Source: Hydrolagus colliei
Lineage: Eukaryota
Assembly (NCBI GenBank): GCA_035084275.1
Contig: CM068743.1
Coordinates: forward strand, 23,498,001 to 23,562,000
Reading direction: 5' to 3'
DNA length: 64,000 bases
The notes below the pieces were generated by a model that was not told the origin of the DNA, made no database searches, and was given only the letters and a program-made list of their open reading frames with translations. The position numbers and the translations under genes are program-made. Shown here piece after piece: positions 22,209 to 35,737 of this stretch; the stretch's first letter is position 1; each line of letters begins with the position of its first letter.

Positions 22209-24982
22209 TGGGTTTTTTTTTGCACATTTCCGAAGGAGAATGCTGATCAAAAGAGTGTGTGAGAGAAAGTCAACCTATATTTGTAGACAAAGATTTATTG
22301 GATTTTTTTTCCCTCCACTCCCCATTCCCCCGCACCACCACCCCCTCACCCACTACCCCCACTTCTCTCTCATTTATTTCCTTCTTGTCACATACATTTC
22401 CCCAGCCAAAAAGGCAGAAGATAGATAATGTCCTCTGGAGCTTTTTCCAATGTCATTCTTGAGTCAGCCACTAGGCGGTGCCTAAGAACAAGTTTACTGT
22501 GACCCGCCCTTTGTCTTTTCCTCCATTGTATTGGGAAGCAGGAAGCAAACTTTGTAGGGCAATCTCGGGAAAACCAACTGTGTCTTACTCATGGTGACAC
22601 AGGTGTCATTTCCCATCTCAGTGATGGTGATACTTTCTCGCTCTCTCCCTTTGCCTCCGTCTTTCTCTCTGTGACAGTATGTTACTCTCAATCTCAGTGC
22701 CACAATGAGCCATTCCCACTGTGGTAGCACAGAGCATCCCTCTCGCGGTGATGCATCGCATAATTTCCACTCTTAGTCAAACCATGCCTCATTTCCTCTT
22801 TCTCTGGCAGGACGTTACTCATTCTCAGTGATTCAAAGAATCATTCGCACTCGTATAGTGCGTCACTCCCTCTCAGAGACACAGTGCGTCACTCCCTTTT
22901 TCAACAACAACAACTTTGATTTGTATAGCACCCTCCATGCTGGACAGAGTCTCAGAGTGCTTTTCAGATGCACAGTACACATTCACTAAAATTCACAAAT
23001 TTATTGTAGTCAGTATTGCATTGAGGTTTTTGGAGCTGACACAAGTTTGGACACAAATGGAAGATTTAAATAGAAACCTTTACATAGAATTCCAAAACAT
23101 GGAATGTCCGTTTAGCCCAGTGGGTCTGTGTTAGTGTTTGACTGTGAAATATGCTCCTTGTTTCCAAGTTTTTTTGCTGCGTAAGAATGAAGAGAATACA
23201 TCAGCCAGTGCTGCTATTGCTTTTGAAAAAAAGACTCCAGTTATCTGCACAGATATGACTTGTGCTGTCCAGGAAAGTTTGAGCCTGCTCTATGCTCACT
23301 GGCTTTTCCTGCATTTCTTTCTCAAGTTGGTTGTTAATTGACTGTCTCAATTCTTGGACAAGAAGTCCTTTGATTCAGGTCCTCAGTTCAGCTTTGCTGT
23401 TGTAACTTTGCACCAAATTATTGAAATAACTTGAGAGGCATTGAACGTGGGAAGTGTTGAAGGAGAGGATCTTTATGGAATGTGAAACTAATTTTCTATG
23501 GGAAACAGAAAATCAAAAACTGTTATACTTGAGCCAGATTTCCACATCTGTTTTTCCCATGGAAGGGCTTTTTACACCCAACTCCCCAAGTCCAAATTAG
23601 TCAAATCACAAAAATCTCCCCAATCACCAAATCCAAAAATTAAGTCAAAGACACAATTTACACTCACACATTCAAATTCCAGCTCAAGCAATAAACCACC
23701 AAAGGTTGGGCATCGGTTTGGTTCTGAACATCTCCACTTAATTACAACCCCATTTTTAAAAATATTTACAATATATGTAAATAAAACGACGTTAAAACTA
23801 CATATTGTCTTAGAAAAAAAGGCCAAGAAACACATCTTTATTTCACCCACAAAATATAGTCACTACTTTTTCTTAAATCCTGTGAAGCGCTTTGAGACAA
23901 CCTCCGGACATGAAAGGCGTGATATCAAAAGCAAGGATTTATTTAGATCAAAACTGCACATGCAGAGTGTGTTTACAGAGCCTGTTTGTGCAATCTCAGG
24001 TGCCCTGCCCCTCGTAACAGGGATTTCTTTTTTAGAAACAGTGACACTTGGATCATTTCCTCCTGCTTGTTCCAGGCAAACTTTCAGAGCTTTCAAAGAC
24101 TAAACGAAACTCCAGGGTGGCTGTGCATTAGAAAATATCACATCGCCTTGTGTCTGTTTGAAAACTAAACAGGAATATTTTATGGCTTGCAAACAGATCT
24201 GTTGGCTTGTTGCAGTGGTATCTGCAGGCTTGCATTACTAAAATTAGCCCCCATCCAGTGAGCCACATCTCTTGTGAATGCTTCTTTATCGTTAGTTATT
24301 CAGTCCCTGAGCTCCCATAAATAGAGTGGGATTTCCTTTAATTCGATGTTAAGAATCAAGGAGTATTTTGTTCCTCTAGGGGGGAGAGTGTAGGGCACAA
24401 GGGTAGCTTGGGGACAGCGTGGAATGTTTATATTGGGGCACACAGAGTATTATTGGTGCTTGAGTGACAATAATCCGCTCTAAGTCGTATGAATCCCTCA
24501 CTTGCCCAAGCTGACACCTGCTGACTTAACATAGACTGACCAAGGATTGACTTGGGACCTTCCTAGGCTGTTATCACAATACCAGCCAGCTCTGCACATT
24601 TTTATCCACTAAGCTATGGCTGGCTGTATTGATTTTTTTAAATCTTTGCTGCTGCTGCTTTCCTGGTTTGCTTTATTGGTTTTGCTGTACCTTCAGTCAC
24701 CCTCCCGTCCAAACGCCCTGCCCTCCACCCCTCCTGATCCCAACCACCAGCTCCCTCCACATCCTTGACTGTCCAGTGCTTTCGTGCTCCTGACATGAAA
24801 GGTGTTATACAAATGTATGTAATTTGTTGTTGTTGGTGGTGGTTAGATGATTTTTGGAGACTCATTATTGTTCCATCCAGGCTTTTCGGGACCTGGGTTT
24901 GCCTCCTGTGGGGGGAATGTAGAGGAGTTGAGGGATCTTGTTCACCCCAATCACAAAAACAAGCAGGCAATGTTACAGTAGT

Positions 24983-25090
24983 TGATACAAAAATAGCAGT
25001 CGCTGGGAACATTCAGCGGGTCAGGCAGCATAGCATCTATGGAGAAAGGAAACGTGAGTCAACGTTTCGGGTTCACAACCCATCGTTAGA
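24983..25090 (-). mobile_element. Penelope-like element end fragment with a decayed minimal hammerhead ribozyme
   Basis: Minus strand: tCTAACGA-t-GGGTT-gtg-AACCC-GAAACGTT-gac..ctccatagatgc..tgcctgacccgctga, resembling a chondrichthyan repeat end that I recall as Penelope-related. Confidence 0.6.
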
Positions 25091-26354
25091 TTGCATTACA
25101 ACAGTTGACAATCTGATGATGTTGTGGTATTAGTCACATGACACTCTTTTACATTGTTAAACTAATTATAAAAATATTACCTTTTTAATGCAGGAATCAA
25201 TGGACCAAAGTATTTCTGGTCTCATATTGTGTTTTGAACCTTATATTTTATGACGTTTCAGAGCTAGAATGGTTTCACTTGCCCCTCAGGATTCTAGTTC
25301 GCTCGGGCAACATACTGTCTCGGGGAATATGCTTATCACTTAAATAATACACATAGACCAATTTCCCCAAGAATGTGCAGAATCCATCCTAAACCTAACT
25401 GTAGCCACCTTCTTATCCACCGAGGGAAGGTTTGGTGCAAAAGCTCCCTGATCTCCCGTAGCATCGAGTTACCTGCCTGAATTTATGAATATGTTTATCA
25501 GCACTGTTCAGCTCTGGGTTACTCCCTCCCCAGATGTCATTCTTCCTCAGATGACATTCTTCTCCAGACCCCAGAATCACCAGCTTCTGTGGACTAAATG
25601 ATCATTTAATTCTGCATTTCATCCCCCGAGCATCAATCCTTGTCCAAACCAGATATTTATCCTCCTTTTCTTTGAAAGAGTTAAATGAACTCAATCTCAA
25701 CTGGGAGCTGTCTGTATGATCTATATCTACTATACTATATGTGCCCATGGTGGTGGTTGGGGGAGAGAAGGCTATGGATGTAGATTATATTCTGGTGTTT
25801 TGAGTGACTTGGAATTACCATTTGTCTAAGATGTCTTACAGCAGGTCAAGTATTAGCAGGTCTACCTGTCCTCATGTAGTTCAGTGCAGGGCTCAGTTTC
25901 TGCCAATTAAACATACTGTACAGTTTAACTGTCCAGTCACTGAGAGGCATCTCCACAAGCTGCCACTTGCACTTATTCTGGACAATTACATTACAACAAT
26001 CCTTTGCCACACTTAATGAGATTCTAAAAGGATTTGACTGGTTGTGCGTTACAGTATTTAATTTGGTTTCCAGGTCAAGACTGTCGACATTAATGCTATT
26101 TGAATTGATTTTTATTTCTTAATTAACCTCTATAATTTACTGATTCAGCTACACTGCTTGTCGGTCAGTTTATGTTTACTGTGTTTCAGTGATCGCCTGG
26201 TTTTAATCCCAGTTTGAACTCTTTATTTTATTGTAAAGTACCAACCCCCATATTTCCACACAGCACTCATTTTAACAGCTTCCTGGTCTGGTGGTTCAGA
26301 AACAAATGGTTTGGGGCAGTGATTTAGGGATCTGTGTAGCAATTGGTATCAAGT

Positions 26355-26516
26355 CTCTGCTTGATTATTACCCCCGAAAAAGCGATCAGTCAATCAACTA
26401 ACAACTGGGTTCCTACTTACAGAGACATGTGGAGGAAGGAAACCTGTCTAAGTTTTCGCCCTCTCTGTGAATTGAACCCTCTCGAGTGCTCTAACCAATA
26501 CCCTAAAGGACTCCAC
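26355..26516 (-). mobile_element. tRNA-derived SINE, long form, 5' part
   Basis: aacaactgggttcctacttac..gagtgctctaacc..ggactcca is the reverse complement of the head plus internal module. Confidence 0.75.
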
Positions 26517-28279
26517 GATAATCCAAGGAGATTTGCTTGGCTAATGTCACCTTAACTTTAGCATTATTTTATATTTAACAGTCAATTCACTTCACAGTAT
26601 ATTCTGTGAAGCACTTTGAGAGTTCTCAAAGACGTGATGAGTAGCTATATCAAATGCAAGGAGTATTATTAATCCTATTCTCTGATGCAGATGTCTTCTG
26701 GTCTAAAATAACTGCAGAAGGCTTATAATAATAATATTATTATTAGGCTTGTGTCTTCATTAAACATCTTGTGACTGGGAATTTTTAAGCCTCTATTATA
26801 ACACTGGCAGATATAAAAAGCCTTGGTCAGATATTGTTTGATGTTAGTGCAAAGTAGCTGCCACATTGGCCTGAATGACAACATTCACTTCATGTCTACT
26901 CTATTTTGTTTTGTAAAATGATTTGAGACATTCGTGATTTGAGACAATGAATGTCTCAAATGAACTGCACTATGTAAATCTATGTTGTTACTGCTGTTAA
27001 TATTGGAATCCTTTAGCTTAGTGGTTAGAGCTTTTGTGAGAGGATCAGGGTTCATTTCCTCGTCAGGGCGAAACCTTACACAAGTTTTCTTACTCCATAC
27101 ACCGTAAGATGATGATCATGATCAGATAATGATCCATCCCCATGTTTGATGCGATACATTCCGTAACATGGATGGAGTGACGAGGCCAAATGCATCTCTT
27201 GTTTCAGCTCCTCTGTGGTATATCACTGTTTTGTAATACAAAACACAAAATACTACTGTTTTGTAATAGTGGGGTAAAATAACTTTGTGGACACCCTGTC
27301 CATCCCAGAGGATATGGGTAGTAGATAGCCACTTCCTGTGATGGTTAATAAGGCTTTTACCAATCTTATCTGACTCATTCCTAATTTATAGGAAATATTA
27401 AGGGCTTTCATTTGTATAATGCATTTATAGGTCAAACTGTAGCATGGCTGGAATCCAAAGTGCTGAGAGAGGATGTAGATGGAAGTTCTATTTAAAATAG
27501 AATACTTAAAAGCTAACAATTTTATTTTCTCAACCTCTGCTCTGCACCTACATATACTAGTGGGAAACTGGATGTGAAAGCGACCTTTAGAAACAGATAT
27601 TTCCCATTATAAGAGAGGAATGCAAAGTTCATTCACATCAGTGTGCAGGTTGTGGTAGACCCCAATAAGAACAGGATAACCTAAGAAAGATAATAATAAT
27701 TTTGTATTTGATTTAACGCCTTATATTGTTGAGATATCTCGAAACACCTTCACAGAATATATTGTAAAGTGGAGTATTTTGTGGGCAAATATAATAAAAA
27801 TGTATCCTGCCACAGGGCATTAATGATTCCACAGCTTGCAAACATTTACACAGCTGTGTACGAATTGGCAATGGTGTTTGCCAATAAATGTACAAACACT
27901 GCACTGGACAGCAATTCTTTGTGAAGCTCTTAGCAATGTTTTGACATTATAAACATTGTGTCAAATACAATGATTATTATATTAATAATAATGTGTCATT
28001 GCACCTTTCACGTCTGGAGGGCATCTCAGTGACCTTAACAGGATATACTATGAAGTGGAGTAACTGTGTATTTTTTGGCAAGCACTGTTATTGTTAGAAT
28101 ATTCATAGTAAGTTACATATTATTATTATTAGATAGTAAGTAGATCCAGAAATTGCTTAATTTACAACGCAGCAATGCAGGGCTTGTGATGTCAATTACT
28201 CTCTCGTGAAGCTTGTGTGAGGACATAAAGCGTGTTCATCTAATCATTTACAGATACAAAGAAGGGTCTGAAACATCTG

Positions 28280-28308
28280 TGAGAGAGAGAGAGAGAAAGA
28301 GAGAGAGA
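28280..28308. repeat. (GA)n microsatellite
   Basis: gagagagagagagagaaagagagagagaa. Confidence 0.9.
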
Positions 28309-29029
28309 ACAATAGTTCCATGACTTTGATTTAGATGTGCGAAATAATGCTTGTGAGTTCACAAACACCTAAGGATCATGGTAAGCAGCTCCAGATAAAA
28401 GACAAAAGATAGAATGGATTCAGAGAAAGGAAGAAAATAATTGGGGATTCCATGTTTCTGAGGTAAAATTTTCCCACAGGACTGTCTGATCTGAGAACTC
28501 TATAAGGAACAAGACCCAAAATACAGATTAACATCAAGATTGAAGGAGTTAAAGAAATGATGAGATATCCGAGTACTCCAGTGGCTAGGTCTAGACTAAC
28601 CCTTCGAAGTGTTCACTTATCCGGGCACTGTTGTGCTCCCAGACCACTGATTTGTTTGGAGCTCTGTTTGGTTGTTTTCTCCTTACCAATAATTGACCCG
28701 GTGAATGGCGCTAAAGTTGGAATCTGAGCGTCTGTGCTTGCCTGACAGCTTGTCCTTTGACACTAGTCTCCAGGCAGTGACTAACTTTATCAATGGCACA
28801 TGCTCTGCTCCATCTTCTCGGCTGATGGGAGCCACCAGAACAAAACAAAGAGGTGACACTTGAGACATAACTTGTTTTGTTTCTTTGAAAAATGGTCAGA
28901 AAAAATTGAGTCAGGTAGTTTTTGTGGGGAGAGATAAAAATTACAGTTATCTGTGGGTGAAAAAAAGGTGAGAGTGGAATTCTGCAAGGATTTTGAATTT
29001 CTGAATTAAAAATTCTGAATTTTAAACCC

Positions 29030-29885
29030 AAGCTGGGGATGGGGAGGCTGGAGGGAAAGGGGAAGATTTTGGGTGACCGATGGGACCGTCAAAGAGGAGG
29101 GTCCTGAGGTGGGACGTGATGGAGGCCTGGGAGGAGGCAAGGCGGAGGGACTGTGTGATGGAGTTCTATAAGTTGAGGTAGAGTGGCTGAAGACTCACCC
29201 GCCAATGTTGGAGGATGTGGAGCAGGCCAGAGCCTGGTGGTGGGCATGTTGGTAGGGGGTTAAGGAGGTCGCAGATGTAGGGTGGGGCGAGGCTGTGGAG
29301 GGCTTTGAATGTGTGATTGTGAGGATCTTGAATTGGATCATCCGGGTGATGGGGAGCCAATGGAGTCGGGCGAGGATGAGAGAGATGGGGTCACGAAGCT
29401 TGAAGCGGTAGAGGACATGGGCCGCAGAGTTCTGGATTATCTGCAACACATGGAGGGAGGAATTGGGAAGGCCGATGAGAAGGGCATTGGCATATTCAAG
29501 CTGGGGTGTGAAGAAGGAATGAATGAGGGATTCAGTGGCCTGGGGTGGGTGAGGTAATGGCGGAGTCAGGCAATATTGCAGAGGTGAGGGAAGGCAGAGC
29601 GGGTCATTGATTGGATGTGGAGAAGGAAAAACTGTTGAGGATCAAACAAGACACCTCGGTTCCTGACTGGCTTGGTGAGATTGAGTGGGCAACCAAGGAG
29701 GTTGATGCTGCCAGTGCCTAATGTGAGAAGGTGAAGCCAATCAGGAGGGCCTCGGTCTTGTTGACATTCAACTGTAGAAAGTTCGCTATCATCCAGGACT
29801 TGATGTCTGACAGGCAGTCGATCAGGACAGTAGTGATCCTGGAGTAGAGAACAGAGCCCTGGGGGACGCCGTAGGTGACTGTGGG
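29030..29885 (-). mobile_element. L2 fragment, subfamily B, frameshifted
   Basis: Minus ORFs LQIIQNSAAHVL..LARLHWLPI and TKPVRNRGVLFDP. Confidence 0.9.
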
Positions 29886-31379
29886 GCTGGAAGAGAAGCC
29901 ATCGGTGGCAACAAAGTGGAGATGGTGGAAAAGGGGATAAGAAGTGTTGAGTTTTATCTAAATGTGTGTGGGGAAAATCCATATCCAAAAAGTTCAGACA
30001 TCATATTAGACTGGATCTGCAGAATAACAGAGACCACCAGTTCCTTCATCCATCCATCAGGTCACCCTTGTGATACATCTGGCACTATCGATCCATCCGC
30101 CCGCCCACCCACGCAACCCAACCATCCACCCATCCGTCCAGCTTTCCTGCATTTGAGAACAGCATATAGAAGTCAGGCTATCTGCACCATACGCTCACAG
30201 GTCACATGGGTCTTCAAGTTTGTAAGCTTGTGCTCCACGGATGTGCTCAATAGTTGGGGTTGCCCTGTATTTGTATTTAGCATTTATTACCTTTGTTTGA
30301 ATTAAAATTACTGGTATAAAGTGATTCCTCATATTTGAGTCACTTCCACACTATAATATGAAAGGGTACAGGGAAGGGGCAGGGAGTGGGACTAAATGGA
30401 CAGCTTGAACAGAGAGCCAGTCCATTGTTTTTACATTGCCAGTGGGTGGGCTGAGAGTGCGCAGAGTTTCTTGGCTGGGGAAAATGGTGTCTATAGAATT
30501 GCTCACAAAAAAAAGTGTAAATAAGAGGGGAGAGGGGAAACAAAGGGAGTTGTGGAGTTAAAAGCCTCTTTGTTTACAACCTTCAGCTCCTGGGAAATAT
30601 TGTGGTATAATGTATGTGTTTTGTTTTGATGATAAGGAAACTAGCCTCATTGCAAATTAACATTGAGGGAAGCTGGAGGGGTTATCCCTCCTTTTGGTGA
30701 CTGAGTTTATCCACGTGGCACCTGTTCTCTCCATTCACTAGATTTAGGGGGTGAATGTCAAAAACAACAATGACAAATTACACTTATATAACTCTTCACG
30801 TCAGGAAGACATGCTAGGGTGCTGGACAGTCAAGGGTTATTGAACTCAACTGGCAGTTGGGGTCAGGAGGGGTGTAGAGCAGAGCACGTGGGGAGCGCGG
30901 AGGGTGGCCAAAGGGACGATCGAAGAGGAAGGACTTTAATCTGAAGTTGAAGGACGCAACGAGAGGCATGAGGTCGAGATTGTCACATAGAGTTGCAGAA
31001 TGTGAGGATTCTATACTGGACTGATCTAACAGTATAGAAATCTAGTGAGTTCTTGTGAAATTAAATTAGATTCTGGAATATTTCAATATAAAACAAAGGG
31101 ACAGATTTGCTAAACGTACTGAATGGATCGGAGCAATCTACTCCAATCCACAAGTTCCCTGCCCATCGTCATGTCCTTTTGTACTCTGCCTCTTCAAATA
31201 TTAACCCTATTAAACTTTGTTATAATCTCAACCCCAGTAGCCACTTTTGGCAAAACATTCTTTAAAATAATCTTAGCAGCCCTCTGTCTGCATCAAAAAA
31301 CATTTCTGCTAACTTCACTCTAATAGCCTGCAGTCAGATCTCATCAGTTTCACATAATTATTAATAGTACAGATGTATG

Positions 31380-31800
31380 TCAGCCTTGCTCAGTTCGTAA
31401 CACTCCTGCCTCTGAGTCAGAAGAATGTGGATTGAAGCCTCCTATCCAGATTTTGAATTTGACTCCCAGTGCTGAGCTGGGGTGTGCTGTACTGATGACG
31501 TCCTTTATATTAGATGTTAAACCAAAGTCCCATCTGCCTATTCAGGTGGATATTAATGGTGCTATTTGAAAAGAGAAGGGAGTTTCTGGGGAGTTTCTCC
31601 AAGTGAGCAGGCCAACAATCCCCCCAGATAAAATGTATCATTCACTTTGTGGCTATTTTTGGGACATTGTTGCACGCAAATTAACTGCCTCGTTCACCCA
31701 TAAATGCACCAGTCACTATACTTTATCGTAAATCCTGTGAAGCGTTTTGAGGTCTTCCTGGTGTGATAAGGTGTTGTATCAACTGCAAGGATAGATTTCT
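31380..31800 (+). mobile_element. Deu-domain SINE, near full length, old
   Basis: gctcagttcgtaacactcctgcctctgagtcagaag head, gatgttaaacc..tcaggtggat Deu motif, tgtgaagcgttttgag tail. Confidence 0.75.
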
Positions 31801-34187
31801 TTTAGGATATAATATTGAGGCATAGAGTATATAGTTTGGGATATGACATTTGCCTGCATGGAACTGCCAGGAGGGTGGAAAGCAAACTGGATGGAACTTA
31901 AGTCTTCTATCATCTAACAGTCCTTATGTTCTTATGTTAAAGGATTGTTATCTATTGGAATAATACAGGAGAATACCATGGAGGGTGGGTGCAAAATTGA
32001 TGAGAAAGGGGTTAATGAGAAGACTCTGTCAGCATTCTCCTTGGAAAATACAATTAAAAGTTCAAAAAAGTTTGTATAAAATGACTTTTTCTATTATTTT
32101 TTTTAAAATCCAATTTTACAGTCTTGAGCTGCTATAAAAGCATGCTATAAAGATCAGGATTTGCTCTGTGCTATTTGCTCTGTGCTTTATATTTCTGGTG
32201 ACTGCTGTCTGCTCAGTTGAGTGAGGTCATATGGCACATGCAAAAGCTGGGATAATTAGAAGGAAGATCAAGTAAAAGAAGTCTCTTTTTTTAAAATAAA
32301 TTGAAAATACATAACTGACATTTAAAATAAAATAAAATTGGTTATTCTCTTCATGGCTATTCGTGGGAAACTGCTGTGCAAAAATTGGCTGCCACGTTTA
32401 CTTCCAGGCACAGTCACTACATTTTACATTAAATCCCGTGAAATGCTTTCGGATGTCTCATTGACATGGTAAGGTACTGTATTAAATGCAAATTATGTTT
32501 CCACTGCATCCTATACACAATGCCTGCATTTGTTTCATAAACAACATGGTGCCTAGGCCTTGTGTGCTTGCCACTTACACCCATTAAAGGAACAGCCAAT
32601 GGATGGACAGCAGCTGGGTTTATTTTGTGGGTTGGGCTATTGATGTGTTCAGCAACAATTACAGGTCAATTATTTTATTAACAACTAGTTAGACATTGAG
32701 GTCTTCTGTAGTTTGCAAGTTGCGCTAACCATGTGCAAACGTATGCATACAGGAGGAATTGAAGCAGCACTTCACTTCACATTAGTTATTTAAATGGCCA
32801 CTATTAATTCCCTCTGCACATGCACTTACACATGGTTAGCATGACCAGGAAATTAGACCCCCATGACCTTGCTGATGAAGTTGTGTCCCTGCCACAGACC
32901 CTGTGAAAGTCGCCGAAGAGTTATGCTGCTTGAGAAAAATGGTAGGATCGCTATGGACCCAGCACATCACGAGGCAGAGCAAAGTTCAGTTTTCATCCGG
33001 TGTCGGTGATTGAATTTTATTATCCTTTCACGGAAAGTTTATTTGCATCTTATTAGGTACTTGCGTGCATACAACTATTGTCCATGGTGATAGCTTGTAT
33101 CCCTTCTCAATGACATGGACTGCCATTAAATGGCACTGAAGTGTTGCTGAATGAGTTAGTTTGATTGTTGAAGCGATTGTGAAGAAAGAAGGTGATGAAG
33201 TCAGTTTTGTTGACAGGAATTCAGGAAAGAGCTCAGGTTATCCAGTTGAACAAATAATTTCTCCCAGTCTCTTGGCCAACGAGCCTCAAGATAAAATTGG
33301 TCACTCACATTGTGGGAAAATTAGCTGCTGTGAACTCCTACAAATTCACTATGCTTTACAGTAAATCATGTGAAGTGCTTTGAGATTTTTTGATCAAGTG
33401 ATGAGGCATAATATCAAGCACAATAATTATTATTGTGTACATGGACAGATCTGTCTTATTTCAGGCCTCCAGTGCCCACAAACAAAATTGCTACAGTGGT
33501 AACCAAAATTTTCAGCTGTAGAGTATGACATTTGAATGTCCTTTGCCAGGATTTAAACTCTGTGGTAGCAGTTCCAACCTTTGCCAAAGACAGGTAAAAG
33601 GACACACCTACACTGTAGGTATGTATCCACAGAATTAACCGCCATTTCCAATAATTTAATAATTTCACATCACAATTTTCACCTCTTTTGTTTTTCACAT
33701 CATCTTGGTCACAGTTTCAATACAGGCACTTGTGTTCTAGTATGCAGTGGGGCAGATCTGGGTGGTTGTGTCGTGCCTCAAGGGGTTCTTGGGGTAGATG
33801 TATAATGTCTGGGAAGGCTATGAATTAGGTCTCAGAGGATTGTGACTAATGTCTTGCGGAGGGGAGAAAGGATTGTGCAATGTCTCAGGACATGGGTGCA
33901 ATGTCTCGCGGGGAGGTGGGGACTTATGCACTATGTCTCTGTACTTGCACTGACTTATTGCTGTTGCACTATTATAAGCATGGCTCCTGATTTTGTCAGT
34001 GTTGGAGGATATTATAAAGGCTTAGGCTCCATAAAAAAGGAGGGAATACAGATTAGGACAGAATGTAATGGGATAATAAAATGAAACTGTTGTTGACTTG
34101 TTTAATAGAACTATGCATATGTTGCAGAGGCAGGCACTAGGTCAGATGAAGGTGTTTATGAAGCTGCAACTCATAACAAATGTCTTG

Positions 34188-34526
34188 ATAATAATAATAA
34201 TCCTTGAATTTGATATAGCGTTTTTCACATCTTATTGACATCCCAAAGCACTTCCAGAATATACTGTAAAGTAAATTGACTGTATATTTGTGGGCGAATC
34301 GCGGCAGCCAACTGCGCACAGCAGTGTCCCACACAGTCGTGGATTGAAATGACCAATTTTATTATTGTGGTTTTTTTGGATGGATTATTATTAGGCGTGT
34401 GGAGTAAGGAAACTTGCCCAAGGTTTCACCCTAACCTGCCTGAATTCAAACACAGGTCTCCCCAGCTTGGTCTCCCCAGCTTGCAAGACAAGTGCTATTA
34501 CAAAACCATTAAACTACAGGAGTTCC
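34188..34526 (-). mobile_element. tRNA-derived SINE, short form
   Basis: (aat)n tail, ggagtaaggaaacttgcccaaggtttc; 14-bp internal duplication ggtctccccagctt. Confidence 0.9.
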
Positions 34527-35737
34527 ATAGCTCCGTAGCTTGGTAGCACATGGCAGTGCCTGAAATTCATAATTGTTATAGATTTTCTTGTATTCTGATA
34601 TCACAAGGATAAAGTATATACAACATGAGGCCTCTGCTAATAGTGGCAGACCATGAGGCAGAGTTCAAGGTCAAAGTACTGCAGTCAATTAACCAATGAA
34701 ACAATTGATCTCTTTCTCTTGAGAAACTGGACCCCTTGAATTTAAACATTTAGTTATTTTGAATGTTCCGTATATATTACACATCTATTTCCTGTAATCT
34801 GCTGCCAAGAATCCCTGGCTGGGAACATGCCTTAGCTTAAGATCTTTAATATCCTTACACCTACTTCTCATCATTGTACACACTCATCCCACTGCCCTTC
34901 TTTTCTGCACAGTGGTTACAGAACAACTATACTTTCTGTAGTATGAAGATTTGAGACCTGGTTCATGGGATACAATAATCCAGACAGGACAGTGAGACCA
35001 GTTGTACCTCCCTGAGTACAGGGAATTAAACTTGAGATCTTCCTGGTCCTTTCTGACCCAGCAAATCATTCAATAAACTCACTGACGCATTGGGGAGCCC
35101 TCATATTCTAACTTTTGACCTATAATGTTAAATATAGTCCCTTTTGCATTGTATGCATATTCCCCACATTTATAGCCAAATGCAGAAAAGGACCTTTAGA
35201 ATGGAGCATAATTAGTGTTGGGAGCTCAGTGTATTGTGCTTTGCTGTCGCTTTCTAGAGCCGCAGGGTCTTTGCTTCTGATTTAATACTGTATTTCATTT
35301 TGGTATGTTGGAATAATGGCCAGCTGTATTGCTTGCTAACCTTCTGTGCAGAACAGGAAGAACTGTGTACATCCATTTTATTGACATGAATAGTCAAATA
35401 CTGAATTGACATTTAATCTTCTGGAGAAAGTCACCCTCTGTTGTGCCTTTACAGTGTGAAACTCTTTGTCTCCATTTAGTATTTGTGGTAAGTTTCTGAA
35501 GTATCTTTTCCTGCAACTTTCACGAGTACTTTGAATCCTATAAATCTTTATGCTGCTTTACTGTGCCGATGTTATTTTCATTGTAAGTTTTCATTGTTTG
35601 ACCTTTCAAGGTTTCTGGCATAGCACAAACTCCCCCAAAGGAGAACAGTTTTTGATTTTAGATGAATAGAAGTTTAGTGTAAGTAAAGCCTACAAATAGA
35701 TTTGCCTACAAATATGCAATCTTTACACTTTACAGTC

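Noticed and set aside
23498-24103. 201-aa ORF
   Set aside because: No recognisable domain, low complexity, and it runs through a SINE tail remnant (about 23850-23940); likely a chance ORF.
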